Counted from the stretch's first letter, positions 9,678 through 19,221 are shown. The stretch is 64,000 bases of DNA from Candidatus Gastranaerophilales bacterium (GCA_944326545.1 CALVEH010000001.1:9422-73421); one strand, 5' to 3'. The notes: a model not told the origin generated them from the sequence alone. Program-made: numbers and translations.

Positions 9678-9896
9678 GTGTTAAGAAGTAGAGATATGGG
9701 AAGATCTATAGCTGTAAGAAGATGGACTAATACGGCTTTAGAATGTTATAAAAGAGGGTGTGTTTGCGAAGGATGTTTTTACACAGACTTTTTCAACGGA
9801 ACATCTCAAAAGTGCCAAATGAAAGCGTCAGTTTTGGAACTCGTTAGAGTTTTGGGTAAACCTGATGTTGATATCCCTCAAGTTTTGTCAGAATAA
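9678..9896 (+). CDS. Hypothetical Cys-rich small protein (72 aa; ATG at 9696 is an alternative start)
   Basis: GTG start 8 nt after GGGAGGA. Cys cluster ECYKRGCVCEGC...KC. No family recognised. Confidence 0.45.
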   Translation: MLRSRDMGRSIAVRRWTNTALECYKRGCVCEGCFYTDFFNGTSQKCQMKASVLELVRVLGKPDVDIPQVLSE

Positions 9897-9935
9897 GTGA
9901 TATGATATTATCGTAAATTTTACGGGTGTAATTTT

Positions 9936-10121
9936 ATGTACGATAATCCTTCTACGAAAAATTTTGTGGGTGTAATGTTCACTTGCTGCAATGTATATGG
10001 CAGGGTGTATAAAAATAAAGAAGGTACTGCTTATGTCGGCAGATGTCCTAAGTGTCTTAAGCCCGTCAGACTTAAGATAGGTGAGGGCGGAGTCGATTCA
10101 AGATTCTTTTATGCAGGATAG
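9936..10121 (+). CDS. Hypothetical zinc-ribbon-like small protein (61 aa)
   Basis: FTCCNVYGRVY...GRCPKCLKPV gives a CC...CxxC arrangement. Followed by an intrinsic terminator. Confidence 0.45.
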   Translation: MYDNPSTKNFVGVMFTCCNVYGRVYKNKEGTAYVGRCPKCLKPVRLKIGEGGVDSRFFYAG

Positions 10122-10150
10122 TAAAATCTTTATAAAATATTAATTTCAAT

Positions 10151-10173
10151 GCCCTTTTCAAAAAGGGTTTTTT
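10151..10173 (+). terminator. Intrinsic terminator after the two small Cys-rich ORFs
   Basis: GCCCTTTT-CA-AAAAGGG followed by TTTTTT. Confidence 0.65.
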
Positions 10174-10225
10174 GAAATAGAATTTTAAAATAATTTAGAT
10201 GAGATAATTGAGGACTTTATAGATT

Positions 10226-12073
10226 ATGTGCGGAATTGTTGGATATGTTGGACCAAAGTCTATTATTGATATTTTAACAAACGGATTAAGCAAGCTTGAG
10301 TATAGAGGTTATGACTCTGCAGGTGTGGCTATAAATACTAACGGCAAGATTCTTGTATATAAAGCAGAAGGTAAGTTGCAAAACCTTAAAGATTTGCTTG
10401 AAGAACACAGAAAAGAAATTATCAATACAACTGCAGGTATCGGACATATCAGATGGGCAACTCATGGTTTGCCGAATACCGTTAATGCTCACCCTCATAC
10501 TTGCAATTGTGGAAAGCTTGCTATCGTACATAACGGTATTGTTGAAAACTATAAAGAACTTAAAGCAGAATTAATTGAAAAAGGCTGTGAGTTTAAATCA
10601 GAAACAGATACAGAAACCGTTGCTCATTTGATTGCACAAGAATACGGAAAACTTAACGATTTGCCAAAAGCTGTAAGAGCTGCTGCAAAAAGATTAAAAG
10701 GCGCTTATGCTTTGTGTGTTATGCACCAAGATGACCCTAACATGATTGTAGGTACAAGAAAAAATGCTCCATTGATAGTTGCTATGGGACAAGGTGAAAA
10801 TTACCTTGCATCCGATTCTCCGGCGATTATTGAATACACAAAACGTGTAATTTACCTTGATGATGATCAATTTGCTGTTTTGACACCTACAAGTGTTTTA
10901 ATTACTGATATTGAAGGCAAGCAGGTTGCAAAAAAAGAAGAAATTTTACCTTGGGAACCTGTTGCAATGAGCAAAATGGGTTACAAGCACTTTATGCTTA
11001 AAGAAATCCATGAACAGCCTGATGTAATCAGAAATGTTTTATCAGGTAAGTTGCCTGACATCACAAAACATATTGTTTTGGACGAGGTTAAACTCACTAA
11101 GGAAGAAATTAAAAATTTAAAAAGAATAGAAATTATAGCTTGTGGTACTTCTTTGCACGCTGCAATGGTTGCTAAGTATATTTTAGAAGCATTTACTAAT
11201 ATCCCTGTTGATGTTGAGGCTTCAAGTGAATATATTTACAGAAAAACTGTTACTGATGCTAACACGCTTGTTATTGGTATTTCTCAATCAGGTGAAACTT
11301 CTGATACCATCACAGCAATCAGACAGGCAAAAGCTGTTGGATCACATGTTTTGATTATCACAAACAGACCTGACTCTATCATGGCAAGAGAAGCACACAG
11401 CTTGATTCCTGTTAGCGCTGGTATAGAAGTTAGTGTTGCCGCTACAAAATCATTTAATGCTCAGTTGATTGCATTGTACTTGTTTGCACTTTACGTTGCT
11501 GAGATTAAAGAGTCTTTTGATTCTGAAAAAATTCAACAACTCAAACATGAAATGATGATGTTGCCTCAAAAAATTGAGACTGTTCTTTCTCACGAAGAAA
11601 GCATTATCAAATGTGCAAGAGCTTTTGCTTCATACAAAAACTTTATTTATATCGCAAGAGGCATTAATTATCCTACAGCGTTAGAAGGCGCATTAAAACT
11701 TAAAGAGATAAGCTACATTAATGCTACAGGTTATCCGGCAGGCGAATTAAAACACGGACCTATTGCAATGTTAGATGAAACTATGCCGGTGTTGGCAATA
11801 CTTATGCCTGGTAGTGTAGTATATGAAAAAGTTCTTTCTAATGCGGAAGAAGCCAAAGCAAGAAATGCGAGAATGATTGCTCTTACATCTGCAGAAGATC
11901 CTCATCTTGATGATGTGTTTGAATATATTTTAAAAGTTCCTGCAGTTGATGAGTATTTATCACCTGTTATAACATCTGTACCTTTACAGTTGTTGGCATA
12001 TTATATTGCAGAGTTCTTGGGTAAGGATGTTGACCAACCAAGAAACCTTGCAAAATCTGTAACTGTTGAGTAG
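10226..12073 (+). CDS. glmS: Glutamine--fructose-6-phosphate aminotransferase
   Basis: MCGIVGYVG N-terminal nucleophile, two SIS domains, C-terminal LAKSVTVE. 615 aa. Confidence 0.96.
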   Translation: MCGIVGYVGPKSIIDILTNGLSKLEYRGYDSAGVAINTNGKILVYKAEGKLQNLKDLLEEHRKEIINTTAGIGHIRWATHGLPNTVNAHPHTCNCGKLAIVHNGIVENYKELKAELIEKGCEFKSETDTETVAHLIAQEYGKLNDLPKAVRAAAKRLKGAYALCVMHQDDPNMIVGTRKNAPLIVAMGQGENYLASDSPAIIEYTKRVIYLDDDQFAVLTPTSVLITDIEGKQVAKKEEILPWEPVAMSKMGYKHFMLKEIHEQPDVIRNVLSGKLPDITKHIVLDEVKLTKEEIKNLKRIEIIACGTSLHAAMVAKYILEAFTNIPVDVEASSEYIYRKTVTDANTLVIGISQSGETSDTITAIRQAKAVGSHVLIITNRPDSIMAREAHSLIPVSAGIEVSVAATKSFNAQLIALYLFALYVAEIKESFDSEKIQQLKHEMMMLPQKIETVLSHEESIIKCARAFASYKNFIYIARGINYPTALEGALKLKEISYINATGYPAGELKHGPIAMLDETMPVLAILMPGSVVYEKVLSNAEEAKARNARMIALTSAEDPHLDDVFEYILKVPAVDEYLSPVITSVPLQLLAYYIAEFLGKDVDQPRNLAKSVTVE

Positions 12074-12075
12074 TT

Positions 12076-12237
12076 ATGATATTAACCGATCAGTTTGAAA
12101 TAAATAAAATAGAAAACTTAACAAGCTCATACATAGAAGATGAGCTTGTTAAGTTAAATGTAGTACCCCTAAGATGGGCAATTGTTGAGGTTACGGCAGA
12201 AAAATATATTTTGTCAGTTTCTTATGAACAAAATTAG
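12076..12237 (+). CDS. Possible 53-aa ORF abutting the glmS stop (uncertain)
   Basis: ATG lies 2 nt after the glmS TAG. Translation MILTDQFEINKIENLTSSYIEDELVKLNVVPLRWAIVEVTAEKYILSVSYEQN. It contains an 11-bp perfect hairpin at 12121-12151. Below the ORF-track size cut-off. Confidence 0.25.
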   Translation: MILTDQFEINKIENLTSSYIEDELVKLNVVPLRWAIVEVTAEKYILSVSYEQN

Positions 12238-12296
12238 CTAGCAAAAAAAAATTTGTTCAAGTTTTATTTTTTTTACGAAAGTGAAAGGTTGCCATT

Positions 12297-12599
12297 ATGA
12301 CATTAATTAATTCAATAACTCGTGCAGACGGTTCTGTTTTAAGAACTTATAAAAGTGCAAGAAACGGCAATATTACACATGTTTTGCGTTTCGATATTGC
12401 GGGTAAAGGTATTTCTTCAAAAGCTGTTAAATGTGATCCGCAAGGAAATCCATACAAAGTTGTTGATGCGGCAAAAAACAGACTTGATGTTTACACAAAA
12501 GCTGAAGATGGTTCAACAGTTTTAACTAGCAAAGGAAAGAAAGTAAGTTTTCCTAACCTTGTATTTAATACTGTTTGTGAAAAAATCTTTGGCAAATAA
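12297..12599 (+). CDS. Hypothetical protein (100 aa)
   Basis: ORF with AAAGG upstream. No recognisable motif. Confidence 0.4.
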   Translation: MTLINSITRADGSVLRTYKSARNGNITHVLRFDIAGKGISSKAVKCDPQGNPYKVVDAAKNRLDVYTKAEDGSTVLTSKGKKVSFPNLVFNTVCEKIFGK

Positions 12600-12666
12600 A
12601 AAGCCCCTGCAGTCTCAACCGGCAAAGGCGTTAATAAATTAGGATTTTTGTGTATTAATACAGCTG

Positions 12667-13503
12667 TTATGAACTAATCAACTGCAAAACTTCTTGAAGC
12701 AATGATTTGTTTGTAGAAATAAGTTTGTTGGCTACATCCAGCTGCATTTTAGCCTGTTGGTAGTATGTGATATTGGCTTTAAAGTCGCAGTTTGACATTT
12801 CTAACAAGCCGCCTCTGACTTCGCCTCTACCTATAACCGGGCGTCCTGATTCTGTTGTTTCGATAAATTCGCCTTGTTTCACTTCGTATAAGCCTTCAGG
12901 GTTGTGGAAGTTCATAATTGCAAGTTTATAAAGAGGTACTACGTTTTTACCTCCGTCAGATTTACCGTATAAGATACCGTCGCCTTTGAACTCAAATTCA
13001 TCGTATTTTCCGAGGTATTTTCCGTTATTAGGGTCAATCCACAATTTGATGTTTGTTGTAGGCAAGTTTACTGCACCGCCTTTGATGCCTGTTTCTGCGT
13101 AGATATCAGCATCAATAGGTTTTGTACCTTGCATGATTTCGCCTTTGTCGTTTAAGATATAGCCTTGTACAGTATATCCGCTTGGGTTTTTATATACACC
13201 TTCCTTATCAAAGGTGAACTCACCGAGTCTTGAATATACAATTTGTCCGTCTGAACGACGTAATGTAAAGTATCCTTCACCTTCAAGGAAAACGTTTTCG
13301 TTAGATGTACCCGGAGTTGATTTACCTTGTCCAACATTTTTGTTAAATCCGTCAATAATGGCTGAGTTTAAAAATGTTTTAAAGGTTGCTTGGGTTTCTC
13401 TATAACCTGGGGTATAGATGTTTGTTAAGTTTTCGGAAATCGCATCCATCCAGTCGGTTGTAGATCTTTGTGTGTTTAGAGCGTTTACGAATGAATCATT
13501 CAT
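12667..13503 (-). CDS. flgE: Flagellar hook protein FlgE-like (short form)
   Basis: N-terminal ISENLTNIYTPGYR and C-terminal LLEMSNCDF...QQAKMQLDVANKLIST match FlgE/F/G family ends. Directly downstream of the fliK-like gene. 278 aa, similar in length to short Bacillus-type hook proteins. Confidence 0.6.
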   Translation of the reverse strand: MNDSFVNALNTQRSTTDWMDAISENLTNIYTPGYRETQATFKTFLNSAIIDGFNKNVGQGKSTPGTSNENVFLEGEGYFTLRRSDGQIVYSRLGEFTFDKEGVYKNPSGYTVQGYILNDKGEIMQGTKPIDADIYAETGIKGGAVNLPTTNIKLWIDPNNGKYLGKYDEFEFKGDGILYGKSDGGKNVVPLYKLAIMNFHNPEGLYEVKQGEFIETTESGRPVIGRGEVRGGLLEMSNCDFKANITYYQQAKMQLDVANKLISTNKSLLQEVLQLISS

Positions 13504-13506
13504 TTA

Positions 13507-14283
13507 TTACTCTCCTTTATCTTGTTGTTGATTTTGTCTGTCTTTATTTTTTTGTCCGTTATTTGATTGTCTGTAGAACAAGTCATTATAAGGAAGGTTT
13601 TGCTCATCAAATCTTTGTTTTAAATAGTCGATATTATTTCTTAGATACATTTCTACTGCTTTATCTCCAGGGATAAATTCTGCAGAAACTTTTCCTTTTG
13701 TATCGATTTTTAATATGACTGAAACATTGTTGTCAAAACTTATTCTGACGGGTTTTTGTTCGTTGTAGGCTTTGTTTATTAAATCTGTTAAAACTTTTGA
13801 GGTTTCTTGTGTTTTGTATGTTGGGCCTATTTCATCGGCAAATTTTATGACATTGGTTTTGTCGCCGTTTTGTTGGATAGCAAATTGTTTATTTTCTACA
13901 AGGTCTGCAAAAAACTTTGCATCGTCTTTAGAAATTTTCAGTGTATCGTAGTTATACATTGATTTCATATTTTTGAGGTCTGATACTGTATCAAATCCAA
14001 ACTTGTTTACATATTGTTCATTTATCATGTTCAAGTTTTGATTGTTTTGTTGCTGCATTTGGTCTGCAGGGATTTTGTCTGTATTTTTTTGTTCTTCTAA
14101 AACAGTTTTGAAATCGTTTTTCTTTTCATCTGTTTTTTCGTCTTTTTTTTCTTCTGTTTTTGATGAAGAAGAAACTTTTTCATCCTTTGATGAAGATGAT
14201 GATTTTATCTCGTTATCATTATCTTTGGTTTGGATGGTTTCTGTTTTTGTTGCTGTTGCTGTATTACTTGTTGTAACGTTCAT
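13507..14283 (-). CDS. fliK: Flagellar hook-length control protein FliK-like
   Basis: S/K/E/D/T-rich N-half. C-terminal KPVRISFDNNVSVILKIDTKGKVSAEFIPGDKAVEMYLRNNIDYLKQRFDEQNL resembles the FliK C-terminal domain. Lies between fliJ and flgE. Confidence 0.5.
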   Translation of the reverse strand: MNVTTSNTATATKTETIQTKDNDNEIKSSSSSKDEKVSSSSKTEEKKDEKTDEKKNDFKTVLEEQKNTDKIPADQMQQQNNQNLNMINEQYVNKFGFDTVSDLKNMKSMYNYDTLKISKDDAKFFADLVENKQFAIQQNGDKTNVIKFADEIGPTYKTQETSKVLTDLINKAYNEQKPVRISFDNNVSVILKIDTKGKVSAEFIPGDKAVEMYLRNNIDYLKQRFDEQNLPYNDLFYRQSNNGQKNKDRQNQQQDKGE

Positions 14284-14288
14284 TTTTA

Positions 14289-14792
14289 TTATGTTCCTTC
14301 TTCATTGTATAGAGGGTTTTTCATTAATTCTTTAAGAAGTTCTTCTTGTTCTTCTTCTTGTCTTTCTTTTGTTTTTGCAAAGTATTTTTGGATTGCGACT
14401 TCTGAAAGTTGTTTTAGTTCTGCTTTTTTTTCTTCTTCGATGTAGGCTTCTTTGCAGTGTTCTTTGTGCTTTTCAAGTACTTTTACCGCTTTTTCGAGTT
14501 CTCTCAGTTTATCTTTTTCTACATCGAGAGCTTCTTGTGCTTTTTGTCTGTCTGCTTCAAGACTTTCTCCTTTTACATAAAGGTGCTTTAAGTATGTATC
14601 GTATGATTCGTACATCATAAAGTCTGCTTGTCGCATGTTCTGTCTTGTTGAAGCTATTTCCTTGTTATTCCTTTCAATAAGTCCTTCGATTTTTAGCACT
14701 ATTGCCTGAGCGTTGCGGACATTTTGGAGTTGTTCTTCTTTTTTTCTTATTCTGAAATCCAGAATTTTTTGGAGTCTGTAACGAAAAGGCAT
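14289..14792 (-). CDS. fliJ: Flagellar export chaperone FliJ
   Basis: 167-aa all-helical charged protein starting MPFRYRLQKILDFRIRKKEEQLQ, typical of FliJ. Confidence 0.65.
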   Translation of the reverse strand: MPFRYRLQKILDFRIRKKEEQLQNVRNAQAIVLKIEGLIERNNKEIASTRQNMRQADFMMYESYDTYLKHLYVKGESLEADRQKAQEALDVEKDKLRELEKAVKVLEKHKEHCKEAYIEEEKKAELKQLSEVAIQKYFAKTKERQEEEQEELLKELMKNPLYNEEGT

Positions 14793-15069
14793 GGGGATCG
14801 CTAATTTACTATTGTACTAATTAATTATTAAGTATTGCCCTAATGATTACTACATCTGTTTGTATGATTATGTTTTAATTAATTTGTGTAAAAAGTCAAA
14901 CACTGCATCAGATATCAAATATTACAAAATGTAAAAAGAATTTTTTTCTTTGAAATACCGTGATAGACTAGATTGTAGGAATTGGGGAAAAAATCCTTTA
15001 AACTGACTAGCAAAAAATATTTTTAGGAGTCTTGTATAAACAGGACTTACATGCGATTCAAGGGAAATT

Positions 15070-16215
15070 ATGGTTACTGTATCAACTGCTCAAAATAATT
15101 TGGTTAATAGCACCGTGCCTTCAGCTCTAAGCTCTCAGAATAAAAATTCTGCACAAAATCCTAATCAGCTGAGCGTAATACCTAAAAAAGAAGTAAATCA
15201 CAGCCTCAGCTATTATAAAAACGATATACATGAGGATGAATTAGTAAAGAAAAATACGTTAGGTAAACGTATTAAAATCAATATTGAAAAGACCCTTGAT
15301 ATTCCTTTGGTACATTTTCCAAGAGGTTTGGGTGGCGCTCCTGATTATACATTTTTTGAATTTTTGCAAACTGCAAAATTCCCTTATTACATAGGTGGTC
15401 CTATACTTGCAGCGTTATTTTATGCAGGTGTAAAAAAAGACAATTTCAGATCTGCCGGTGCAGCTCAAAAAGTTGCAAAACATATGGCATTAGGCGTTGG
15501 TCTGTATTACGTGGGTGCAGCATTGGCTAAGTCGATAATTAACAATACAGTTAGACTTACAAGAGGGGTTGATTTAAAACAACCTTATGCTCACTTTGTT
15601 CCTTCTCAATCAAGAAAATCAGGATTGTTTAAAAAGAACGTAGAGTTCCATACCGCATTTGAAAGTGCCGACTTTACAAGAACTGACTTGTTATACAATA
15701 AAAAAGGCAAAACACCTGAACAAATCAACGAAAATTACATTGAATACGGTAAAAAATATGGTATTAAAGATGATGCAAACAACATTGATTCTACAATTAA
15801 ACCGTTGATTAAAAAGACAATAGTTATGGCTCGTGCTTGGCAATATGCGTTGACTGCGTTTTTTGTAACGCTCGGTGTTGGCATGGCTAATCAACCTGCT
15901 TGGGATGCTACTTCTGCAGAAGGTTTCAAAAAGACTATTTCTCAAGGAATATTTGGCAAAAACGTTGATTTTAAAGAAAGGTTGCATAGTGCCAAAGTTG
16001 CAGCTTATGACTACATATTAAAACCTTTTGGCAAAAGTTTTATGGAGTTTTGGAAAGGTCACAGCAAAGGTTCTTCTATAGCAGGTAAGTCCGTAATCCT
16101 TGCTACTGCTGCTGCTACTTTAACAGCTATTTCTTTGTTGATGACAAAAACATCTGCTAAAGACCATAAATTGGAAACTACAGGAAACAACAAAATTAAA
16201 GAGGTGCAAAAATAG
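15070..16215 (+). CDS. Hypothetical multi-pass membrane protein (381 aa), paralogous to the N-terminal module of the next gene
   Basis: Q/N/S-rich N-terminus without a signal peptide. Hydrophobic segments FPYYIGGPILAALFYAGV, HMALGVGLYYVGAALAKSII, AWQYALTAFFVTLGVGMA, VILATAAATLTAISLLMT. Its stop abuts the next ATG. Confidence 0.6.
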   Translation: MVTVSTAQNNLVNSTVPSALSSQNKNSAQNPNQLSVIPKKEVNHSLSYYKNDIHEDELVKKNTLGKRIKINIEKTLDIPLVHFPRGLGGAPDYTFFEFLQTAKFPYYIGGPILAALFYAGVKKDNFRSAGAAQKVAKHMALGVGLYYVGAALAKSIINNTVRLTRGVDLKQPYAHFVPSQSRKSGLFKKNVEFHTAFESADFTRTDLLYNKKGKTPEQINENYIEYGKKYGIKDDANNIDSTIKPLIKKTIVMARAWQYALTAFFVTLGVGMANQPAWDATSAEGFKKTISQGIFGKNVDFKERLHSAKVAAYDYILKPFGKSFMEFWKGHSKGSSIAGKSVILATAAATLTAISLLMTKTSAKDHKLETTGNNKIKEVQK

Positions 16216-19200
16216 ATGGGCGATTTACTGACTTCAATACCTGTTTATAAACCACAGATTAAACAGCAAAATACTTCTGCTGCTGTGAATACTCCTGCAC
16301 CTGTAAAAAGAGAAGTTATTGATATAACAAATCCGTTTCCGCAGACACAAAAATATTCTTATATTCCGGCAAAACCGTTAAGCGACCCTCACACTACACC
16401 AAAAGGGGTTACAGCTCACGCTTCTAAGGCAAGACTTATACACGAAAACTTTTTCCAATCTATCGGTAATACTGTAAAATCTTATGCTGACTATGCAAAA
16501 TATTTTTATAAAGCTGCTTTTAAAGGTGAAGGTAAAGATTACAGCGTAGGTAAAATTAACGATTTATCTATTAGAGCAGGTTCTTTAGGTATTGCTGCTG
16601 TTTTGGCTACATCAAAAATGTTTCCGTTTGCCAAAGGAATGGAATTTGTCGGCTTAGGTACTTGGTTTGCTTCTATGGCAATATGGCCGCACATTTTAGG
16701 CGCTCCAATTAAAGCTTTGTATGGTGTTGATATAAACCAAAAATATATCGATTCAGAAGGCAGAAAAAAATATGTTTTCGAAGACAATGGCTATCGTCCG
16801 ATGGATATTTACAGACATGTAGATGTTAAAGGCAGACCTTTGTCAGAAGAAGAATATTACAAAAAATATTCAAATGATTATGCTTATCTTGATAAAGTAG
16901 GCGATGATTTAGGTGTTCCAAGAAACATTAAGAACAGAAATGAAGCAACAATGAACAAAATGGGTCAAGTTGCAGTACAAGGTAAAACTCTTTGTATGAT
17001 GACTGCCGGTGTTATGACTCCTGTTGTTTCTTCAATCGCTGCTGATGCATTGCAAACACCATTGCAAAATTACTTGGAAAAAACAAGATATGAAAAAGCC
17101 GCTGCTAAACTTCAAAAATTAGATGCTAAAGTTGATGAATTATTGAAGTACGACAGAAAAGATTTGAATACTGTTATGGATGCTTTGAATATCAAAGTTG
17201 ATCCCGCTGCTTCTCAAAAATTGGAAGCTTTGATGACAGAAAACGAAGCTTTGTCACCTAAAGAGTTCAAAAAATTACAAAGATTTATTGATTCTACTTT
17301 CTTTGGAACCGGTTATCATGATTCTTTAAGAACTGCAATGACAAGAGGTATGGATATGACAGAACCTCGTGTATTGGTTAGCAAAGAGCTTAAAGATACT
17401 ATTAAACAAATTACAACAGATGCTTATAGAGAAGTTCTTGATAGAATACCTGAAAAAGCTAAAAACTTACTTCCTGAAAATCTCTTAAATCATACAGGCC
17501 TTAATGATGCACAACTTAATGAAATGTTGAGCGGTGTGTTGTATTCAGACGGTTTAAAAGAACATCAGGTTAATGATATTCTACACCATAATTCAACTTA
17601 TCAGCTTGGCTTTAACGCTCAAAATGGTCTTGAACAAGCTATTTCTAAAAAAGCTGTAGAAAACTTTGCAACTACAAACGGTGCTTATCAAGAACTTAGT
17701 GCACCTCAAAGAAATGCTATGAGACAAGTAACCAATGAGGTTAAAGAAGTTATTAACAAAAAGGTAAAAGCTTATTTTGATACAAAAAGATATTTTGTCA
17801 TACCAAAAGACAGAATGCGTCAAATATTTAATTTTGCTTATACTAACAACGAACTTCAAACAAGACTAAAAGAATTTGAAAAAACTTCTATACAAAATAT
17901 TTCAGAATCAATAACTGCTATTAATTGGCAAAGAGTTCCTAAAAAATATTTGCAAACTTTAGGCTTTAATAAAGGTGAAATTGCTCTTATTGCAACACAA
18001 GATGCAACAACTGCAAGCAAAGTTTTAAGCAATAGATTAACAGAACTTGTTCAAGATTCTGAAAAATATAAAGCAGCATTAAAAGAAATGGCTAAGTATG
18101 CTGAAACTGCTATCTCAAAAGAAGAAAAAGCTGTTATCCAACTCATAGGTACACCTAATAAAAAAGGTACTTTACTTAAAGTTAAAGAGCTTATGGAAGC
18201 AGTTGCAGTTGATAACTTTGGTTATGATGTAAAAAATGTTTTAAGCAGACATTTTAATCTTAGAATTGCAGAAGTAAGACGTAAGATAATAAATACTCAA
18301 GATTCATATATAAGACCGGTTAAAGTTCTTGATTTATTTAAAGATATTAAAAATGAAGTAAAAGAAATACTTGGTGCTAATGAGGCTGCATATAATGCCT
18401 TGATTGCATCTGAAAAGAATAAACCGGTTAATGAACAAGTACATTATCCGTTCCACAAAATGAGCTATTCTCAAGCTAAAGAATCTTTGGAAACATTCTT
18501 GAAAGACGCAATTTTGCAAAAGAATGATATTAATAACTGGACAACCAAGTTTGAAACAGAATTGCCAGGTTCTAAACAAGGTATGAAACATTCATTTGCT
18601 CTTGTTAAACAAATTGCAGATAGAATATTTGGTAACTTGAGTGCGGATACAGTGTCTGCCTTGGATAACCCAAGTTTTGCAAACAGATGTGACAAGATTA
18701 ATTCTACAATGAAAGCAAGATTCTTACGTATAGAAAACCAGTTGTTTAAAGGTTATACGACAGAACATAACGCTTTTTATTCTAAGATAAAAGAATTTGC
18801 AAACAGTGGTTCAGAAGCTCAACATAAATTTTTGATGGATGTTCTTGAAGAAAGAAGATTCTACTTAAGCCCTGAAGATTTTGACAGTTGTAAAAAGACT
18901 TTGGGCGAATTTCTTAATAAGCAATACGAAAAAATCCCAGGTTATAAGTTGGATCCTGCTATTGAATCGCTTGCTCAGCATTTAGATTTTAAAGAATCAA
19001 ATAGAGCAATTTCTCAAATGTCAGGAAAGAATGTTACAGACTTCTTTACAAGTGCCGCACAAGAAATAAGAGCAAGAAACAAATGGTCAAAACTTGTTTA
19101 CGGATTATTAGGCGGAACTCTTGCTGTTAGTGCCTTAACAATTGCGCTTATGGGCAAGAAAAATTATTTCAACAAAGATAATTATGAGTATATCAATACG

Positions 19201-19221
19201 CCACAAGGAGCAGATAAATAA
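16216..19221 (+). CDS. Hypothetical large membrane-anchored protein (1001 aa)
   Basis: N-terminal module with TM segments and YGVDINQKY (compare RGVDLKQPY in the upstream protein). Long helical K/E-rich middle. C-terminal TM LVYGLLGGTLAVSALTIALMG. Confidence 0.6.
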   Translation: MGDLLTSIPVYKPQIKQQNTSAAVNTPAPVKREVIDITNPFPQTQKYSYIPAKPLSDPHTTPKGVTAHASKARLIHENFFQSIGNTVKSYADYAKYFYKAAFKGEGKDYSVGKINDLSIRAGSLGIAAVLATSKMFPFAKGMEFVGLGTWFASMAIWPHILGAPIKALYGVDINQKYIDSEGRKKYVFEDNGYRPMDIYRHVDVKGRPLSEEEYYKKYSNDYAYLDKVGDDLGVPRNIKNRNEATMNKMGQVAVQGKTLCMMTAGVMTPVVSSIAADALQTPLQNYLEKTRYEKAAAKLQKLDAKVDELLKYDRKDLNTVMDALNIKVDPAASQKLEALMTENEALSPKEFKKLQRFIDSTFFGTGYHDSLRTAMTRGMDMTEPRVLVSKELKDTIKQITTDAYREVLDRIPEKAKNLLPENLLNHTGLNDAQLNEMLSGVLYSDGLKEHQVNDILHHNSTYQLGFNAQNGLEQAISKKAVENFATTNGAYQELSAPQRNAMRQVTNEVKEVINKKVKAYFDTKRYFVIPKDRMRQIFNFAYTNNELQTRLKEFEKTSIQNISESITAINWQRVPKKYLQTLGFNKGEIALIATQDATTASKVLSNRLTELVQDSEKYKAALKEMAKYAETAISKEEKAVIQLIGTPNKKGTLLKVKELMEAVAVDNFGYDVKNVLSRHFNLRIAEVRRKIINTQDSYIRPVKVLDLFKDIKNEVKEILGANEAAYNALIASEKNKPVNEQVHYPFHKMSYSQAKESLETFLKDAILQKNDINNWTTKFETELPGSKQGMKHSFALVKQIADRIFGNLSADTVSALDNPSFANRCDKINSTMKARFLRIENQLFKGYTTEHNAFYSKIKEFANSGSEAQHKFLMDVLEERRFYLSPEDFDSCKKTLGEFLNKQYEKIPGYKLDPAIESLAQHLDFKESNRAISQMSGKNVTDFFTSAAQEIRARNKWSKLVYGLLGGTLAVSALTIALMGKKNYFNKDNYEYINTPQGADK

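Noticed and set aside
10122-10225. Looked for a glmS ribozyme upstream of glmS.
   Set aside because: The spacer is only 104 nt. Part of it is the terminator of the upstream ORFs, and no conserved ribozyme core is recognisable.
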